DNA of 64,000 bases. Source: Gammaproteobacteria bacterium. Its GTDB lineage: Bacteria > Pseudomonadota > Gammaproteobacteria > UBA4575. The stretch is from positions 864,001 to 928,000 of the forward strand of contig CBDEUS010000002.1 of assembly GCA_965243395.1 (NCBI GenBank), in the 5' to 3' direction. This document shows, piece after piece, positions 40,450-50,155 of the stretch; positions within the stretch are counted from its first letter, which is position 1, and each line of letters begins with the position of its first letter. Under the pieces are notes generated by a model. It saw only the letters and a program-made list of their open reading frames with translations, searched no databases and had not been told where the DNA came from. The translations under genes were made by a program, and so were the position numbers.

Positions 40450-41628
40450 CTAATTTAATGCTTGTTCAAGATCAGCCCACAGGTCTTCTACATCTTCCAG
40501 TCCAACAGATATACGAACCATACTGTCAACGATGCCGCGCTTGGCACGCTCATTGGGAGTTAAATTAATATGTGTAGTTGTGATAGGTTGAGTTACAAGA
40601 CTTTCCACACCACCAAGGCTGGGAGCAATAGAGAAAAGTTTTAGTCGATCGACCACATTCGCAGTATCTTGTGCATCTCCATCGATCACAAAACTAATCA
40701 TACCGCCAAAGCCTTTCATTTGAAGTTTAGCTATGCTGTATCCAATAAAATCAGGCAGGCCTGGATAATTTACTTTGTTAATTCTAGGATGCTCAACCAA
40801 TCGTTTGGCAAGTATTTCTGCGGCCGCATTATGTGCATTCACCCGTACAACCAATGTACGTAAACTTCGTGCTAATAAATATGCAACTTCAGGTGCCATC
40901 ATCTGACCAAGGTTCTTACGCCAAGTCCAAATAGGAGTAAGTAATTCAGTTGGCCCTATCACTGTTCCTCCAGTTAAATCGCTATGGCCGCCCAAATACT
41001 TTGTGGTGCTATGTATCACGAGATCTGCACCTAATTTTAATGGCTTCTGGTTAACTGGAGTTGCAAAGGTATTATCTACCACCGTGAGAACACCATGTTG
41101 TTTAGCAACTGCTGCTATCGCTGAAATATCCAATATTTCCATATTTGGATTCGTTGGTGTTTCAAAAAAGATGATGCGTGTATTGTTATTTATAAACTCG
41201 CTGAGTTTGTTAACCTCATTGCCTAATATGAAAGTAGTGTTAATACCCAGATCAGGTAAATTAGTATCGAGTAATTCATATGTACCGCCATATACATCGC
41301 CAATACATACAATGTGATCATTAGACTTACAGTGAGCTAAAAAAGTAGCCGATTCAGCAGCCATACCGGAGCTAAAAACCCAGGCAGATTCACCACCTTC
41401 AATTGCGGCAAGTTTTTTCTCCAAAGATTGAATAGTTGGGTTTAGACCATAACGAGTGTAAAGGCTGCCTTCCACTCGCCCTTCCACCACATCAAGTACG
41501 CTTTGCGTGTCGGGAAAGCCAAACGTAGAGTGATTGTATAGTGGTGTAAAAATACCGCCACGCTCGTCTAACGAGTCTCCCTTATGAATACACTTCGTAG
41601 CTAGACCCAAGTTGGTTGATTTCTTCAT
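40450..41628 (-). CDS. PLP-dependent Cys/Met metabolism enzyme (cystathionine gamma-synthase / methionine gamma-lyase family)
   Basis: YTRYGLNPT, FSSGMAA, FETPTNP, VDNTFATP, HSTTKYLGGHSD, SLGGVES, RISVGLED. Confidence 0.9.
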   Translation of the reverse strand: MKKSTNLGLATKCIHKGDSLDERGGIFTPLYNHSTFGFPDTQSVLDVVEGRVEGSLYTRYGLNPTIQSLEKKLAAIEGGESAWVFSSGMAAESATFLAHCKSNDHIVCIGDVYGGTYELLDTNLPDLGINTTFILGNEVNKLSEFINNNTRIIFFETPTNPNMEILDISAIAAVAKQHGVLTVVDNTFATPVNQKPLKLGADLVIHSTTKYLGGHSDLTGGTVIGPTELLTPIWTWRKNLGQMMAPEVAYLLARSLRTLVVRVNAHNAAAEILAKRLVEHPRINKVNYPGLPDFIGYSIAKLQMKGFGGMISFVIDGDAQDTANVVDRLKLFSIAPSLGGVESLVTQPITTTHINLTPNERAKRGIVDSMVRISVGLEDVEDLWADLEQALN

Positions 41629-41789
41629 GGCATTATCCTTAAGCGACGTTGTACACGTTCATATTAAGATCGAAAACACGTGATTTAGAATAGTGTAGAC
41701 AGTGTAGGATACTAAATAAACCTATCGCCCCCAATGGGGGTTAAATAATAAAAAATTGTTCAAGCGGCTAGGAATATTGAGAAAGTTAA

Positions 41790-41817
41790 ATATCCGCTTT
41801 CGGCCAAAAGCGATCAT
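41790..41817 (+). repeat. 28-bp imperfect palindrome, copy 2 (putative recombination site)
   Basis: ATATCCGCTTT-CGGCCA-AAAGCGATCAT, about 10 bp beyond the mgtE stop. Confidence 0.6.
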
Positions 41818-41826
41818 TTATTTTGT

Positions 41827-43182
41827 TTATAAAAGCAACCAGGTTGCTAAACCTAAAAAGGCAAAGATTCCGATTACATCGGTAATAGTAGTGAGCACTA
41901 CACCACCGGCCAGTGCGGGATCAATTTTAAGTTTGCGTAAAATAATTGGAATTGTGACGCCAGCAAGTGCGGCGCAGATTAAATTTGCCGCCATGGCCGC
42001 AGCGATGATGCCGGCCATTTTGATGTCTTTGAACCACATGGCTACGACGGCTGCGACAATCACGGCCCAAACCATACCGTTTAAAAAACCTACTGATAAT
42101 TCTTTGATAAGTAAAAGTTTGGAATTACTGCGCCCGATTTGTCCTGTAGCGATTCCGCGAATAACCAGGGTTAACGTTTGGCTTCCCGCGATACCTCCCA
42201 TACTGGCAACAACCGGAATTAATATTGCAAGTATTATGATTTTTTCTAAAGTAGGCTGGAATAAACTAATTACCCACGCTGCCAAAAATGCAGTGGCTAA
42301 ATTTACTGCTAACCAAATTGAACGACGTCGAGTGGAGGCGACTACCGGTGCAAATAAGTCTGCTTCTTCGGATAAACCTGCTTGTCGAAATACTGAGTGT
42401 TCCGCTTCTTCTCGAATCACATCAACTACGTCGTCTATAGTGATACGTCCGAGTAGTTTATTGTTTTCGTCTACTACTGCTGCAGAGACTAAATCTAAGT
42501 CTTCAAATGTTTTTGCCACAACATTGTCTTCTGTGCTTGCATCAAATGCTTCAACGGTATTATCGAGTACGTCTCGCACGAGTTCAGTAGGCTTGCTGGT
42601 AAGCACTTTAGACAATGGTAATGTGCCGATGTAATGATCATAGCGGTCAACTACAAATAATGAATCGGTAGCTTCGGGTAATTCACCTCGTGCACGTAAA
42701 TAGCGAAGCACTACATCTAGCGTTACGTCTCGACGAACTGTAACCGTGTCCGTATTCATCAAACCGCCAGCCGTGTCTTCATCATAGGACAATACGGCTT
42801 CTAGGCGTTGCCGGTCTTGGAAATCCATACTCGATAACGCTTGCTCAGTTACCGTATCGGGCAAGTCGGCGAGTAAGTCTGCGAGGTCGTCTATCTCTAG
42901 ACCTTCGGTAGCAGACACCAAGGCATCGCTATCCATAAGTTTGATTAAGCCATCGCGAACCTCATCTCCCACATTTAGCAAAATCTCACCATCATCATCA
43001 TGATCAAGCATGTTCCATACAATGCCTCGCTGAGAATGAGGTAGCGCTTCAAGTAAGTTGGCAATTTCTGCAGGGTGAAGTGCATTTAAAATTCTACGCG
43101 CACGCTGCATGGTGCCACTTTGTAGAGCATCACCAATGACCTTTAAGGTTTGGTCTTGAAGTTGAATAACGGTTTCAGACAT
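41827..43182 (-). CDS. mgtE: Magnesium transporter MgtE
   Basis: LHPAEIA, DTAGGLM, CBS pair, GRITIDD, MGGIAGSQ, DPALAGG..TTITDV. Confidence 0.96.
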   Translation of the reverse strand: MSETVIQLQDQTLKVIGDALQSGTMQRARRILNALHPAEIANLLEALPHSQRGIVWNMLDHDDDGEILLNVGDEVRDGLIKLMDSDALVSATEGLEIDDLADLLADLPDTVTEQALSSMDFQDRQRLEAVLSYDEDTAGGLMNTDTVTVRRDVTLDVVLRYLRARGELPEATDSLFVVDRYDHYIGTLPLSKVLTSKPTELVRDVLDNTVEAFDASTEDNVVAKTFEDLDLVSAAVVDENNKLLGRITIDDVVDVIREEAEHSVFRQAGLSEEADLFAPVVASTRRRSIWLAVNLATAFLAAWVISLFQPTLEKIIILAILIPVVASMGGIAGSQTLTLVIRGIATGQIGRSNSKLLLIKELSVGFLNGMVWAVIVAAVVAMWFKDIKMAGIIAAAMAANLICAALAGVTIPIILRKLKIDPALAGGVVLTTITDVIGIFAFLGLATWLLL

Positions 43183-43294
43183 TTGGCACCAGTTGTTTTA
43201 ATTTTGCGCGCGGCAAGTGTAACCGCTAGTAGGCGAGTTGCCAAAGCAAAAAAGGAAAGTGTGATACTTGTCTGTTTGGGTGTTTAGAACAAGA

Positions 43295-45025
43295 TTATTG
43301 GTTTAAAGCATCGACCATTGGAGCTATTTTGCTGGGTACGGTGGTGCTTAATATTTTTTTTGCCTGTTTTTCAAGATCTGAGATTTTGCTTTTATTTATG
43401 ATTTGCTTAATTTCTAGTAGGTTCGATGGATGCGCACTAAATTCTTGCAAACCAAGACCCAACAACAAACGAGTATAACGAGGATCACCGGCCATTTCGC
43501 CACACATCGCAACAGGTATATCCGCACGACGCCCTGCTTGTAAAGTTATATTGATTAACTTCAATACGGAGGGATGTAGCGGGTCGTAGAGATAATTTAC
43601 CTGGTCATCGATGCGATCAATGGCCAATGTATATTGAATCAAATCATTTGTACCAATGGACAGGAAGTCTAATTGCTTGGCTAAAATATTTGCCGAGAGC
43701 GCTGCTGCGGGTACCTCAACCATGCCACCCACGGGAATCTCGGCATCAAATTCTTTGTGCTCTTCCATCAGTTCTTGTTTGGCCTGATCTAGAATTGTCA
43801 AAGATTGTGTGAGCTCATTATGGCTTGTGATCATGGGTAATAAAATTCTTACCGGACCACTTGCAGAGGCGCGTAGTATGGCGCGTAGTTGTTGTTTAAA
43901 TAAATCGGTATCCTTGAGCGATCTACGAATTGCACGCAATCCTAATGCGGGATTTTGCGTCATTGGGCCTTGAAAATCTGGATCAAACTCTTTTTCTGCG
44001 CCTAAATCGAGTGTGCGAATTGTTAAAGGTTTGCCTTTTAATACTCGAATAATTTTTTTATAGGCATTTAATTGCTCGGCTTCATCAGCAGGTGTTTCGC
44101 GGTCAATATATAAAAACTCAGTTCGGTATAAACCCACTCCATCAGCGCCCGATTTTTTAAGTGCGCTAATATCCTCAGATAGTTCTATATTAGCTTGCAA
44201 GCTTATACGTTGTCCGTCTTTGGTTTTTGCAGAAATATTTTTAAGTGAACCAAGTTTACGTTGTGCGTCTTTCTGTTCACGTTGGATGTGACGATATTCT
44301 TTGATGGTGTTTTCATCCATCCCGGCAAGCACCATGCCGCTGCTGCCTTCAAGGATTAATTGCTCTTCTTGTTGTAATAATGAACGTGCACTTTGGATAC
44401 CTACTACTGCAGGTATTCCTAAGCTTCTAGCCAGTATGGCGGTATGAGAGAGTGGTCCGCCAAGCTCAGTGATAAAGCCCGCAATGTTTTGGTTTTGCAT
44501 CACAACGGTATCTGCAGGAGTAAGATCGTCTGCCACAATGATGCTGCCTTTTAGAGGCTGAAGCTTCATTTGCATTGTGTATTGCTGATCTTTCAGAATT
44601 TGTTGGATTAAATTAATTACATGTTCAACATCATTCAAGCGAGTGCTTAAGTAGTCATCTTCCATTTGCTCAAAAACAGCTTCTAACTTATCGCGCTGTT
44701 GTTTAAGTGCCCATTCTGCGTTGCAGTGCTCTTCTTGAATAATTTCAATCGGGACCTTGCTTAACATCGAATCTTTCACCATTAGCAGGTGAGAGTCGAT
44801 AAACGCAGCTACATCTTTTGGAGCGTCTTCAGGTATCGTATCGCGTATGCCGCGCAATTGTTCGGCAGCCTCGTCTACTGCCGCTTCAAAGCGTTCGATT
44901 TCAGAATCGATTTCATGTTCTTCTAATTTGCGCTCAAAGACTTCAGGTGCACCACGATTTAGAAGATGCACATTGCCAATGGCAATACCACGAGATACAC
45001 CAATACCGGATATGATTAATGCCAT
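43295..45025 (-). CDS. ptsI: PTS enzyme I (no GAF domain)
   Basis: SHTAILARS phospho-His, GVGLYRTEF, RTLDLG, SIGTNDLIQY, CGEMAGD. Confidence 0.95.
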   Translation of the reverse strand: MALIISGIGVSRGIAIGNVHLLNRGAPEVFERKLEEHEIDSEIERFEAAVDEAAEQLRGIRDTIPEDAPKDVAAFIDSHLLMVKDSMLSKVPIEIIQEEHCNAEWALKQQRDKLEAVFEQMEDDYLSTRLNDVEHVINLIQQILKDQQYTMQMKLQPLKGSIIVADDLTPADTVVMQNQNIAGFITELGGPLSHTAILARSLGIPAVVGIQSARSLLQQEEQLILEGSSGMVLAGMDENTIKEYRHIQREQKDAQRKLGSLKNISAKTKDGQRISLQANIELSEDISALKKSGADGVGLYRTEFLYIDRETPADEAEQLNAYKKIIRVLKGKPLTIRTLDLGAEKEFDPDFQGPMTQNPALGLRAIRRSLKDTDLFKQQLRAILRASASGPVRILLPMITSHNELTQSLTILDQAKQELMEEHKEFDAEIPVGGMVEVPAAALSANILAKQLDFLSIGTNDLIQYTLAIDRIDDQVNYLYDPLHPSVLKLINITLQAGRRADIPVAMCGEMAGDPRYTRLLLGLGLQEFSAHPSNLLEIKQIINKSKISDLEKQAKKILSTTVPSKIAPMVDALNQ

Positions 45026-45034
45026 TTAATTTTA

Positions 45035-45304
45035 TTACTCTTCTTCATCAAATAAATTTGTAAACAAATTTTCTATTTCTGTCATTGCTTGCTGTTCATC
45101 TTCCCCTTCGATGCTTACATTTACAATTGTATTTTGGCTTGCGGCTAGCATCATTACACCCATAATACTTTTTCCATTAATTTTTCGTTCTCCCTTTTGA
45201 ATCGAAATTTCGCTGGCGAAGTTAGAAGCCAAGGCTACAAGCTTCGCCGCCGCACGAGCATGCAATCCAAGCTTGTTCGCCACTGTGAGGTCTTTACTGA
45301 TCAC
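45035..45304 (-). CDS. ptsH: Phosphocarrier HPr/NPr
   Basis: GLHARAA, NGKSIMGVMML. Confidence 0.92.
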   Translation of the reverse strand: MISKDLTVANKLGLHARAAAKLVALASNFASEISIQKGERKINGKSIMGVMMLAASQNTIVNVSIEGEDEQQAMTEIENLFTNLFDEEE

Positions 45305-45335
45305 ATAAGTCCCTAGTTATTATTATGTTTTTTCT

Positions 45336-45740
45336 TTACTCGTTCATTTGGCAATCAATAATGCCGTCATGTGCGCCGCTAAGCGCTTTTTGTACTAATC
45401 CATCTAAATCCAATTTGGGGTAATTCATGACACGAGTAAGCATGGGTAGACTCAGTCCAGCAATTACATGCACGTCTATATTTGTGCTTTGTTTAAGTTT
45501 ATTGCAGATATTGCTAGGCGTTGACCCAAAAATATCTGTTAATACTAAAACGCCATCACCTTGGTCAATTTCTTCACAAATATCTTTTGCTTTAGCTAAA
45601 AGCCCTTCAGGATTACAACTTTCTGAAACAGATAAAGTTCTGCATTCTAATGGTAGTTGGTTTCCCAACATGGACTTTGCGGTTATCAGTAGTTCGTGAC
45701 CTACTTTTCCATGGGTAATAGTAAGAATTGCAACAGACAT
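45336..45740 (-). CDS. PTS EIIA mannose/fructose-type, stand-alone
   Basis: ITHG, LTDIFGSTPSN, GLSLPML. Confidence 0.9.
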   Translation of the reverse strand: MSVAILTITHGKVGHELLITAKSMLGNQLPLECRTLSVSESCNPEGLLAKAKDICEEIDQGDGVLVLTDIFGSTPSNICNKLKQSTNIDVHVIAGLSLPMLTRVMNYPKLDLDGLVQKALSGAHDGIIDCQMNE

Positions 45741-46603
45741 TAGTTTTCTAAATCTCGATGACGAACAGAGATATGTGTATCTTCAAAATTCTTAAAATGT
45801 GCAGCTAAATTTTCAACAATATGAACTGAGCGGTGATGTCCGCCTGTACAGCCTATGGAAACATTTAAATAGCTACGATTTTCCTTGGTAAAGAAAGGTA
45901 ACCATTTTTCAATAAAATCAGCAATTGAAATGATCATTTCTTTGACTTCATTATGCGATTGTAAAAAATCGATCACTGCATCATCTTTACCTGTGAGCTT
46001 ACGAAGAGACTCCTCCCAATAAGGATTGGGTAAGCAACGTATATCAAATACATAATCGGAATCATTGGGTACTCCATATTTAAACCCAAATGATTGCAAT
46101 AGGATAGTAAGCTTAGGCGAAGTTTTTTTGCAGACTTGTGCTGTAATAATAGAACGTAGCTCGCGCACATTTGTTGAGGTTGTGTCAATGCGTAAATCTG
46201 CCAGTAGCACTAAGTCTTCAAGGATGTGTTTTTCCATTTGAATGGCTTCCACTAATGGTAAGCCGTTCTTGGTAAGCGGGTGTTTGCGACGTGTTTCGCT
46301 ATAGCGTTTGATCAATGTTTCTTCATTAGCTTCAAGGTGAACCAGTTCTAGTTCAATTCCTCTATCTTTAATTGCTTCTACAATTTCAGGAAAAGAAATA
46401 ATGTCTTTGCTTGCATTACGAGCATCTACACCTATAGCAATTTTTTCGTAGTACAGCGAGCTAGAACTAATTAGATGTTCAATACAGCTGAGTAACATGC
46501 CAAGCGGAATGTTATCAATACAATAGAAGTCGTCATCTTCTAAAGTATTAATCGCTACAGATTTTCCTGAGCCCGAAAGACCACTGACAATAACTAATTT
46601 CAT
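45740..46603 (-). CDS. rapZ: RNase adapter RapZ
   Basis: SGLSGSGKS, YCIDN, SETRRKHP, SFGFKYG, GCTGGHHRSV. Confidence 0.96.
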   Translation of the reverse strand: MKLVIVSGLSGSGKSVAINTLEDDDFYCIDNIPLGMLLSCIEHLISSSSLYYEKIAIGVDARNASKDIISFPEIVEAIKDRGIELELVHLEANEETLIKRYSETRRKHPLTKNGLPLVEAIQMEKHILEDLVLLADLRIDTTSTNVRELRSIITAQVCKKTSPKLTILLQSFGFKYGVPNDSDYVFDIRCLPNPYWEESLRKLTGKDDAVIDFLQSHNEVKEMIISIADFIEKWLPFFTKENRSYLNVSIGCTGGHHRSVHIVENLAAHFKNFEDTHISVRHRDLEN

Positions 46604-46617
46604 TATTTATTCTTACT

Positions 46618-47577
46618 TCACTGCATAGATTTTTTTTGGCGTTCAATAAAATCTTCACTGGCATTGTAACCATTCTTAATTAGTAAATGATCACGCACAG
46701 CTGCTTCTACTAGTACCGCTAAATTTCTGCCCGGCGCCACAGGTAATGAAATCGTGGCAATATCTACGCCAAGAATATTGGTTTTTCTTTCTGATAATCT
46801 AAGTCGATCTTCAGATTTAGGTACGTTCATCTTGGGAGGGATTAGATCAATAATTAATTTAAGAAATTTATTAGATTTAATTGCACTATCACCATACATC
46901 TCACGAATATTTAATACCCCTAATCCACGAACTTCTAAAAAGTTTTTTAACAAATCGGGGCAAGTGCCATTTACAGTTTCGGGTGCGATGCGTGCAAATT
47001 CAGGTGCATCATCTGCGATTAAACGGTGTCCTCGACTAACAAGATCCAGGGCGAGCTCACTTTTTCCTAGACCACTTTTACCCGTTATTAACACTCCAAC
47101 ACTGATCACTTCCATAAAAACACCATGCAGTATTTCTTTTTCTGCGAGGGCTTGGGTTAAGTAGTAACGTAATTGATCAATTAACTCATTACTGGAGAGT
47201 GAAGAACAAATAATTGGCAAATCATACTTGAGAGAGTGTTCCCTGAAACTTTCAGGTGGTGTTAGACCATCACTAATAAAAATTGCGGCAGATTTTCTTT
47301 GGAATAATTGGGTAAGCAAATTTTGTAAAATATTATCATCAGCTTTGTTGAAAAACTTTAATTCAGTTTCACCAAGAATTTGAGCTTGGTTTGGGTGTAT
47401 TAAATTAAAATAACCCACTAAGCCAATTTCAGAGGAAGAGAAAGATAAGCGGGTGAAACCGAGGCCACTGTCTTTATTTCCAGACCACCAATTAAGATCT
47501 AGGTTTTCTTTGTTTTTTGAAAACAGATCTATAGTTTTAAGCGCTACAGTAGCATCTTGTGGTTTTCCAACAGCCAT
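46618..47577 (-). CDS. hprK: HPr(Ser) kinase/phosphatase
   Basis: HGVFMEV, GKSGLGKSELAL, LIADD, LEVRGLG, PVAPGRNLAVLVE. Confidence 0.95.
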   Translation of the reverse strand: MAVGKPQDATVALKTIDLFSKNKENLDLNWWSGNKDSGLGFTRLSFSSSEIGLVGYFNLIHPNQAQILGETELKFFNKADDNILQNLLTQLFQRKSAAIFISDGLTPPESFREHSLKYDLPIICSSLSSNELIDQLRYYLTQALAEKEILHGVFMEVISVGVLITGKSGLGKSELALDLVSRGHRLIADDAPEFARIAPETVNGTCPDLLKNFLEVRGLGVLNIREMYGDSAIKSNKFLKLIIDLIPPKMNVPKSEDRLRLSERKTNILGVDIATISLPVAPGRNLAVLVEAAVRDHLLIKNGYNASEDFIERQKKSMQ

Positions 47578-47661
47578 ATAGTTTATATACAGCTCTATTT
47601 AGAACTGATCAAGATAAAACTCAGTTTGATGTGCAGTGAACGTAAAAGTTGTGCCCGAAAG

Positions 47662-48129
47662 CTAGGCAGCGAGGTGTTTTGGGTCTTGGGTGAGAATCTG
47701 ATACAGCTCTGAAGCATTATTAGATTCTTGGATGGATTTTCGTAATTGCTCATTGTCGAGTAGTTCCGCAAGGCCCGCTAAAAGCTGCAGGTGATCCTCG
47801 TCTGCGTCTTCAGGTACGATCAGGCAAAACAAAAAATTCACTAAGTGTTCATCGCTAGCTTCAAAATCAACACCTTCCTCTAATTTAAGGATTGATACAA
47901 AGATATTATCCAGCTCTTCTAATCGGCAATGAGGAATTGCAATTCCATTACCTAAGCCTGTGCTTCCCAGCTTTTCACGTGCGAGCAGCGCATCAAGCAC
48001 TTTATTTTTGTTTACACTAGTATCTTGATGAGCTATTGCCTCACTTAAAATTTCAAGTGCTCTTTTTTTACTACTAACCGAGGGAGAGAAAACAATCCCT
48101 TGTTCAGAGATAAAATCTTTGATTTGCAT
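47662..48129 (-). CDS. ptsN: PTS EIIA-Ntr
   Basis: SKKRALE, REKLGSTGLGNGIAIPH, HLQLLA. Confidence 0.93.
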   Translation of the reverse strand: MQIKDFISEQGIVFSPSVSSKKRALEILSEAIAHQDTSVNKNKVLDALLAREKLGSTGLGNGIAIPHCRLEELDNIFVSILKLEEGVDFEASDEHLVNFLFCLIVPEDADEDHLQLLAGLAELLDNEQLRKSIQESNNASELYQILTQDPKHLAA

Positions 48130-48153
48130 GCTATTGAAGAAATTATTATTGGA

Positions 48154-48474
48154 CTAATGTATTACGTGATGTTCAACGTCACGTTGGTGATGATCTTTAA
48201 GCTTTTCTTTATGTTTAACGATCTGTCGGTCTAGCTTATCTACTAAGCTGTCTACTGCTGCATACATTCCATCGCTTGTTGCCTCAGCAAATATATTATT
48301 GCGACTTACTTGCAAAGACGCTTCTGCATGATGATCATGTTTTTCTACAGTTAAAATTACATGAATATTAATTACATGATCAAAGTGTCTGGTTAGTTTT
48401 TCAAATTTTTTTTCTACGTAGTCCTTTAATGAGGTTGTGATTTTAAGATGTTGCCCCGTTATATTTATTTGCAT
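48154..48474 (-). CDS. hpf: Ribosome hibernation promoting factor
   Basis: MQINITG, MYAAVD.LVDKLDRQIVKHKEK; downstream of rpoN. Confidence 0.94.
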   Translation of the reverse strand: MQINITGQHLKITTSLKDYVEKKFEKLTRHFDHVINIHVILTVEKHDHHAEASLQVSRNNIFAEATSDGMYAAVDSLVDKLDRQIVKHKEKLKDHHQRDVEHHVIH

Positions 48475-48534
48475 AATTATTCCCTCAATCTTATAGCTAA
48501 TAGTAAATCACAGACTTTAAGAGATTAAAACAGC

Positions 48535-50010
48535 CTAAATGATTTGTTTCCTTTCATTAGAAGGCGGTATTCCTAAAGATTCCCTATATTTAGCAATGGT
48601 ACGTCGCGCAACACTGATGCCTTTTTGTTCAAGTAATAATGCTATTTTATTATCACTTAGTGGTTTTACTTGTGATTCTTCTTTAATTAGTTTTTTAATC
48701 ATGGCGCGAATTGCTGTCGCGGAACAAATTCCCCCATCATTTGTGTTGACATGACTGGAAAAAAAGTATTTAAACTCAAATACCCCACGTGCAGATTCCA
48801 AATATTTATTTGTTGTTACACGTGAAATTGTAGATTCATGCATTTCTAATTCTTCAGCAATTTCGCGTAACACCAGTGGACGCATTGCTTCTTCTCCATA
48901 CTCAAAAAATGCTCTTTGGTGTTGCACAATTGAAGTTGCCACTCGCATTAGCGTTTCGTTGCGACTTTGCAAGCTTTTTATAAACCATCTTGCTTCTTGT
49001 AGCTGATTACGTAAATAGTCTGCGTCTGCGCCATTGCTAGAATCTTTTATTAGGCTTGAATAGACATCATTAATGCGTAATTTTGGTGCACTATCGGAGT
49101 TAAGTCTTACTCTCCAAGTGCCTTCATGTTTTGCTACATACACGTCGGGAATTATATATTCTGCTTTTTGAGTGCTTACTAAATCACCAGGTCTAGGATT
49201 GAGTGATTGAATTAGTTTGATGGCTTCTTCTACATCTTCAATATCAAGTTTTGTATGTTTTGAAATCTGTAGATGATTTTTTGTTGCCACTAAATCTAAG
49301 TGGTGTTCAACAATCATGCGCGCTTCAGGCACAAAAGGAGTTGCATCAATCATCTGTTGCAATTGGATATCTAAACATTCTTGTAAATTCCGAGCACCTG
49401 AGCCAATCGGGTCCAGTCGTTGCACGAACTTTAATATTGCCTCAACTTCATCTAAATCGAGCTGATCTGCATCAATTTCGCGTTCTTTGATTAGATTTTC
49501 ATAAATACTTTCGACCGGCTCCTGCAGATAACCGGATTCATCTAAATAATCGATTAATGTGCTAGCGATAATACGGTCTAAATCTGAGAGGGTACTGAGC
49601 TCTAGCTGCCAAAGTAGATGTTCTTGCAAGGAGTTCTGGTCTTCACTACTTTGATTTTCTAAAAATTCAGAGTAATCGTCAGTTTTCTGACTCCCGGAGA
49701 TGGCGTGACTAGGTTCATAATAATCATCCCACTGGCTATCTGTGGGAAGCTCATCAGGTAAATTTTCGTTTTGACCTAGTTCAGCAACCTCAGTTGTTGG
49801 TTCATCATTTTCATTTTCCTTACTGCTCGGTGTAAGCGTTTCAAGTGATGTCTCATCCTCTGTTTCCAGCATAGGGTTGGTCTCAAAGGCTTCCTGAATT
49901 TCTGCTTTGAGCTCTAATGAAGAAAGCTGCAATAAGCGAATCGCTTGCTGCAGCTGAGGGGTCATCGTAAGTTGCTGACCAATTTTGACTTGAAGTGAAG
50001 GTTTCAGCAT
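48535..50010 (-). CDS. rpoN: RNA polymerase sigma-54
   Basis: MTPQLQQAIRLLQL, HESTISR, RpoN box ARRTIAKYR. Confidence 0.98.
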   Translation of the reverse strand: MLKPSLQVKIGQQLTMTPQLQQAIRLLQLSSLELKAEIQEAFETNPMLETEDETSLETLTPSSKENENDEPTTEVAELGQNENLPDELPTDSQWDDYYEPSHAISGSQKTDDYSEFLENQSSEDQNSLQEHLLWQLELSTLSDLDRIIASTLIDYLDESGYLQEPVESIYENLIKEREIDADQLDLDEVEAILKFVQRLDPIGSGARNLQECLDIQLQQMIDATPFVPEARMIVEHHLDLVATKNHLQISKHTKLDIEDVEEAIKLIQSLNPRPGDLVSTQKAEYIIPDVYVAKHEGTWRVRLNSDSAPKLRINDVYSSLIKDSSNGADADYLRNQLQEARWFIKSLQSRNETLMRVATSIVQHQRAFFEYGEEAMRPLVLREIAEELEMHESTISRVTTNKYLESARGVFEFKYFFSSHVNTNDGGICSATAIRAMIKKLIKEESQVKPLSDNKIALLLEQKGISVARRTIAKYRESLGIPPSNERKQII

Positions 50011-50021
50011 ACCTTCAATTA

Positions 50022-50037
50022 TGGCACGAAAATTGCT
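50022..50037 (+). promoter_or_regulatory. Sigma-54 -24/-12 site oriented opposite to rpoN (autoregulatory candidate)
   Basis: TGGCACG-AAAA-TTGCT (GG-N10-GC), 11 bp upstream of the rpoN ATG. Confidence 0.75.
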
Positions 50038-50155
50038 TCTAAAATACTAATTATGGTAACTGCTCGTCGTCTTAATGGCGCATACAGTACATCATAAGAA
50101 TTATTCCTAGTGTACTAATGCGACATTTATTTGACAGTATTGTGTGTGAATAAAA

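Larger units (their letters stand above)
40381..41817. mobile_element. Putative single-gene cassette bounded by directly repeated 28-bp sites
   Basis: One accessory gene plus upstream region between two related 11-6-11 palindromes, lying between core genes dcd and mgtE; no recombinase in window. Confidence 0.45.

Noticed and set aside
40381-41817. Interpretation of the flanking sites as integron attC, IS ends or XerCD dif
   Set aside because: No GTTRRRY/RYYYAAC boxes, no transposase or target duplication, and arms unlike the dif consensus
41756-42634. 292-aa + strand ORF
   Set aside because: Antisense shadow of the mgtE membrane domain with no recognisable motifs. The other short overlapping ORFs in the track were rejected on the same grounds.
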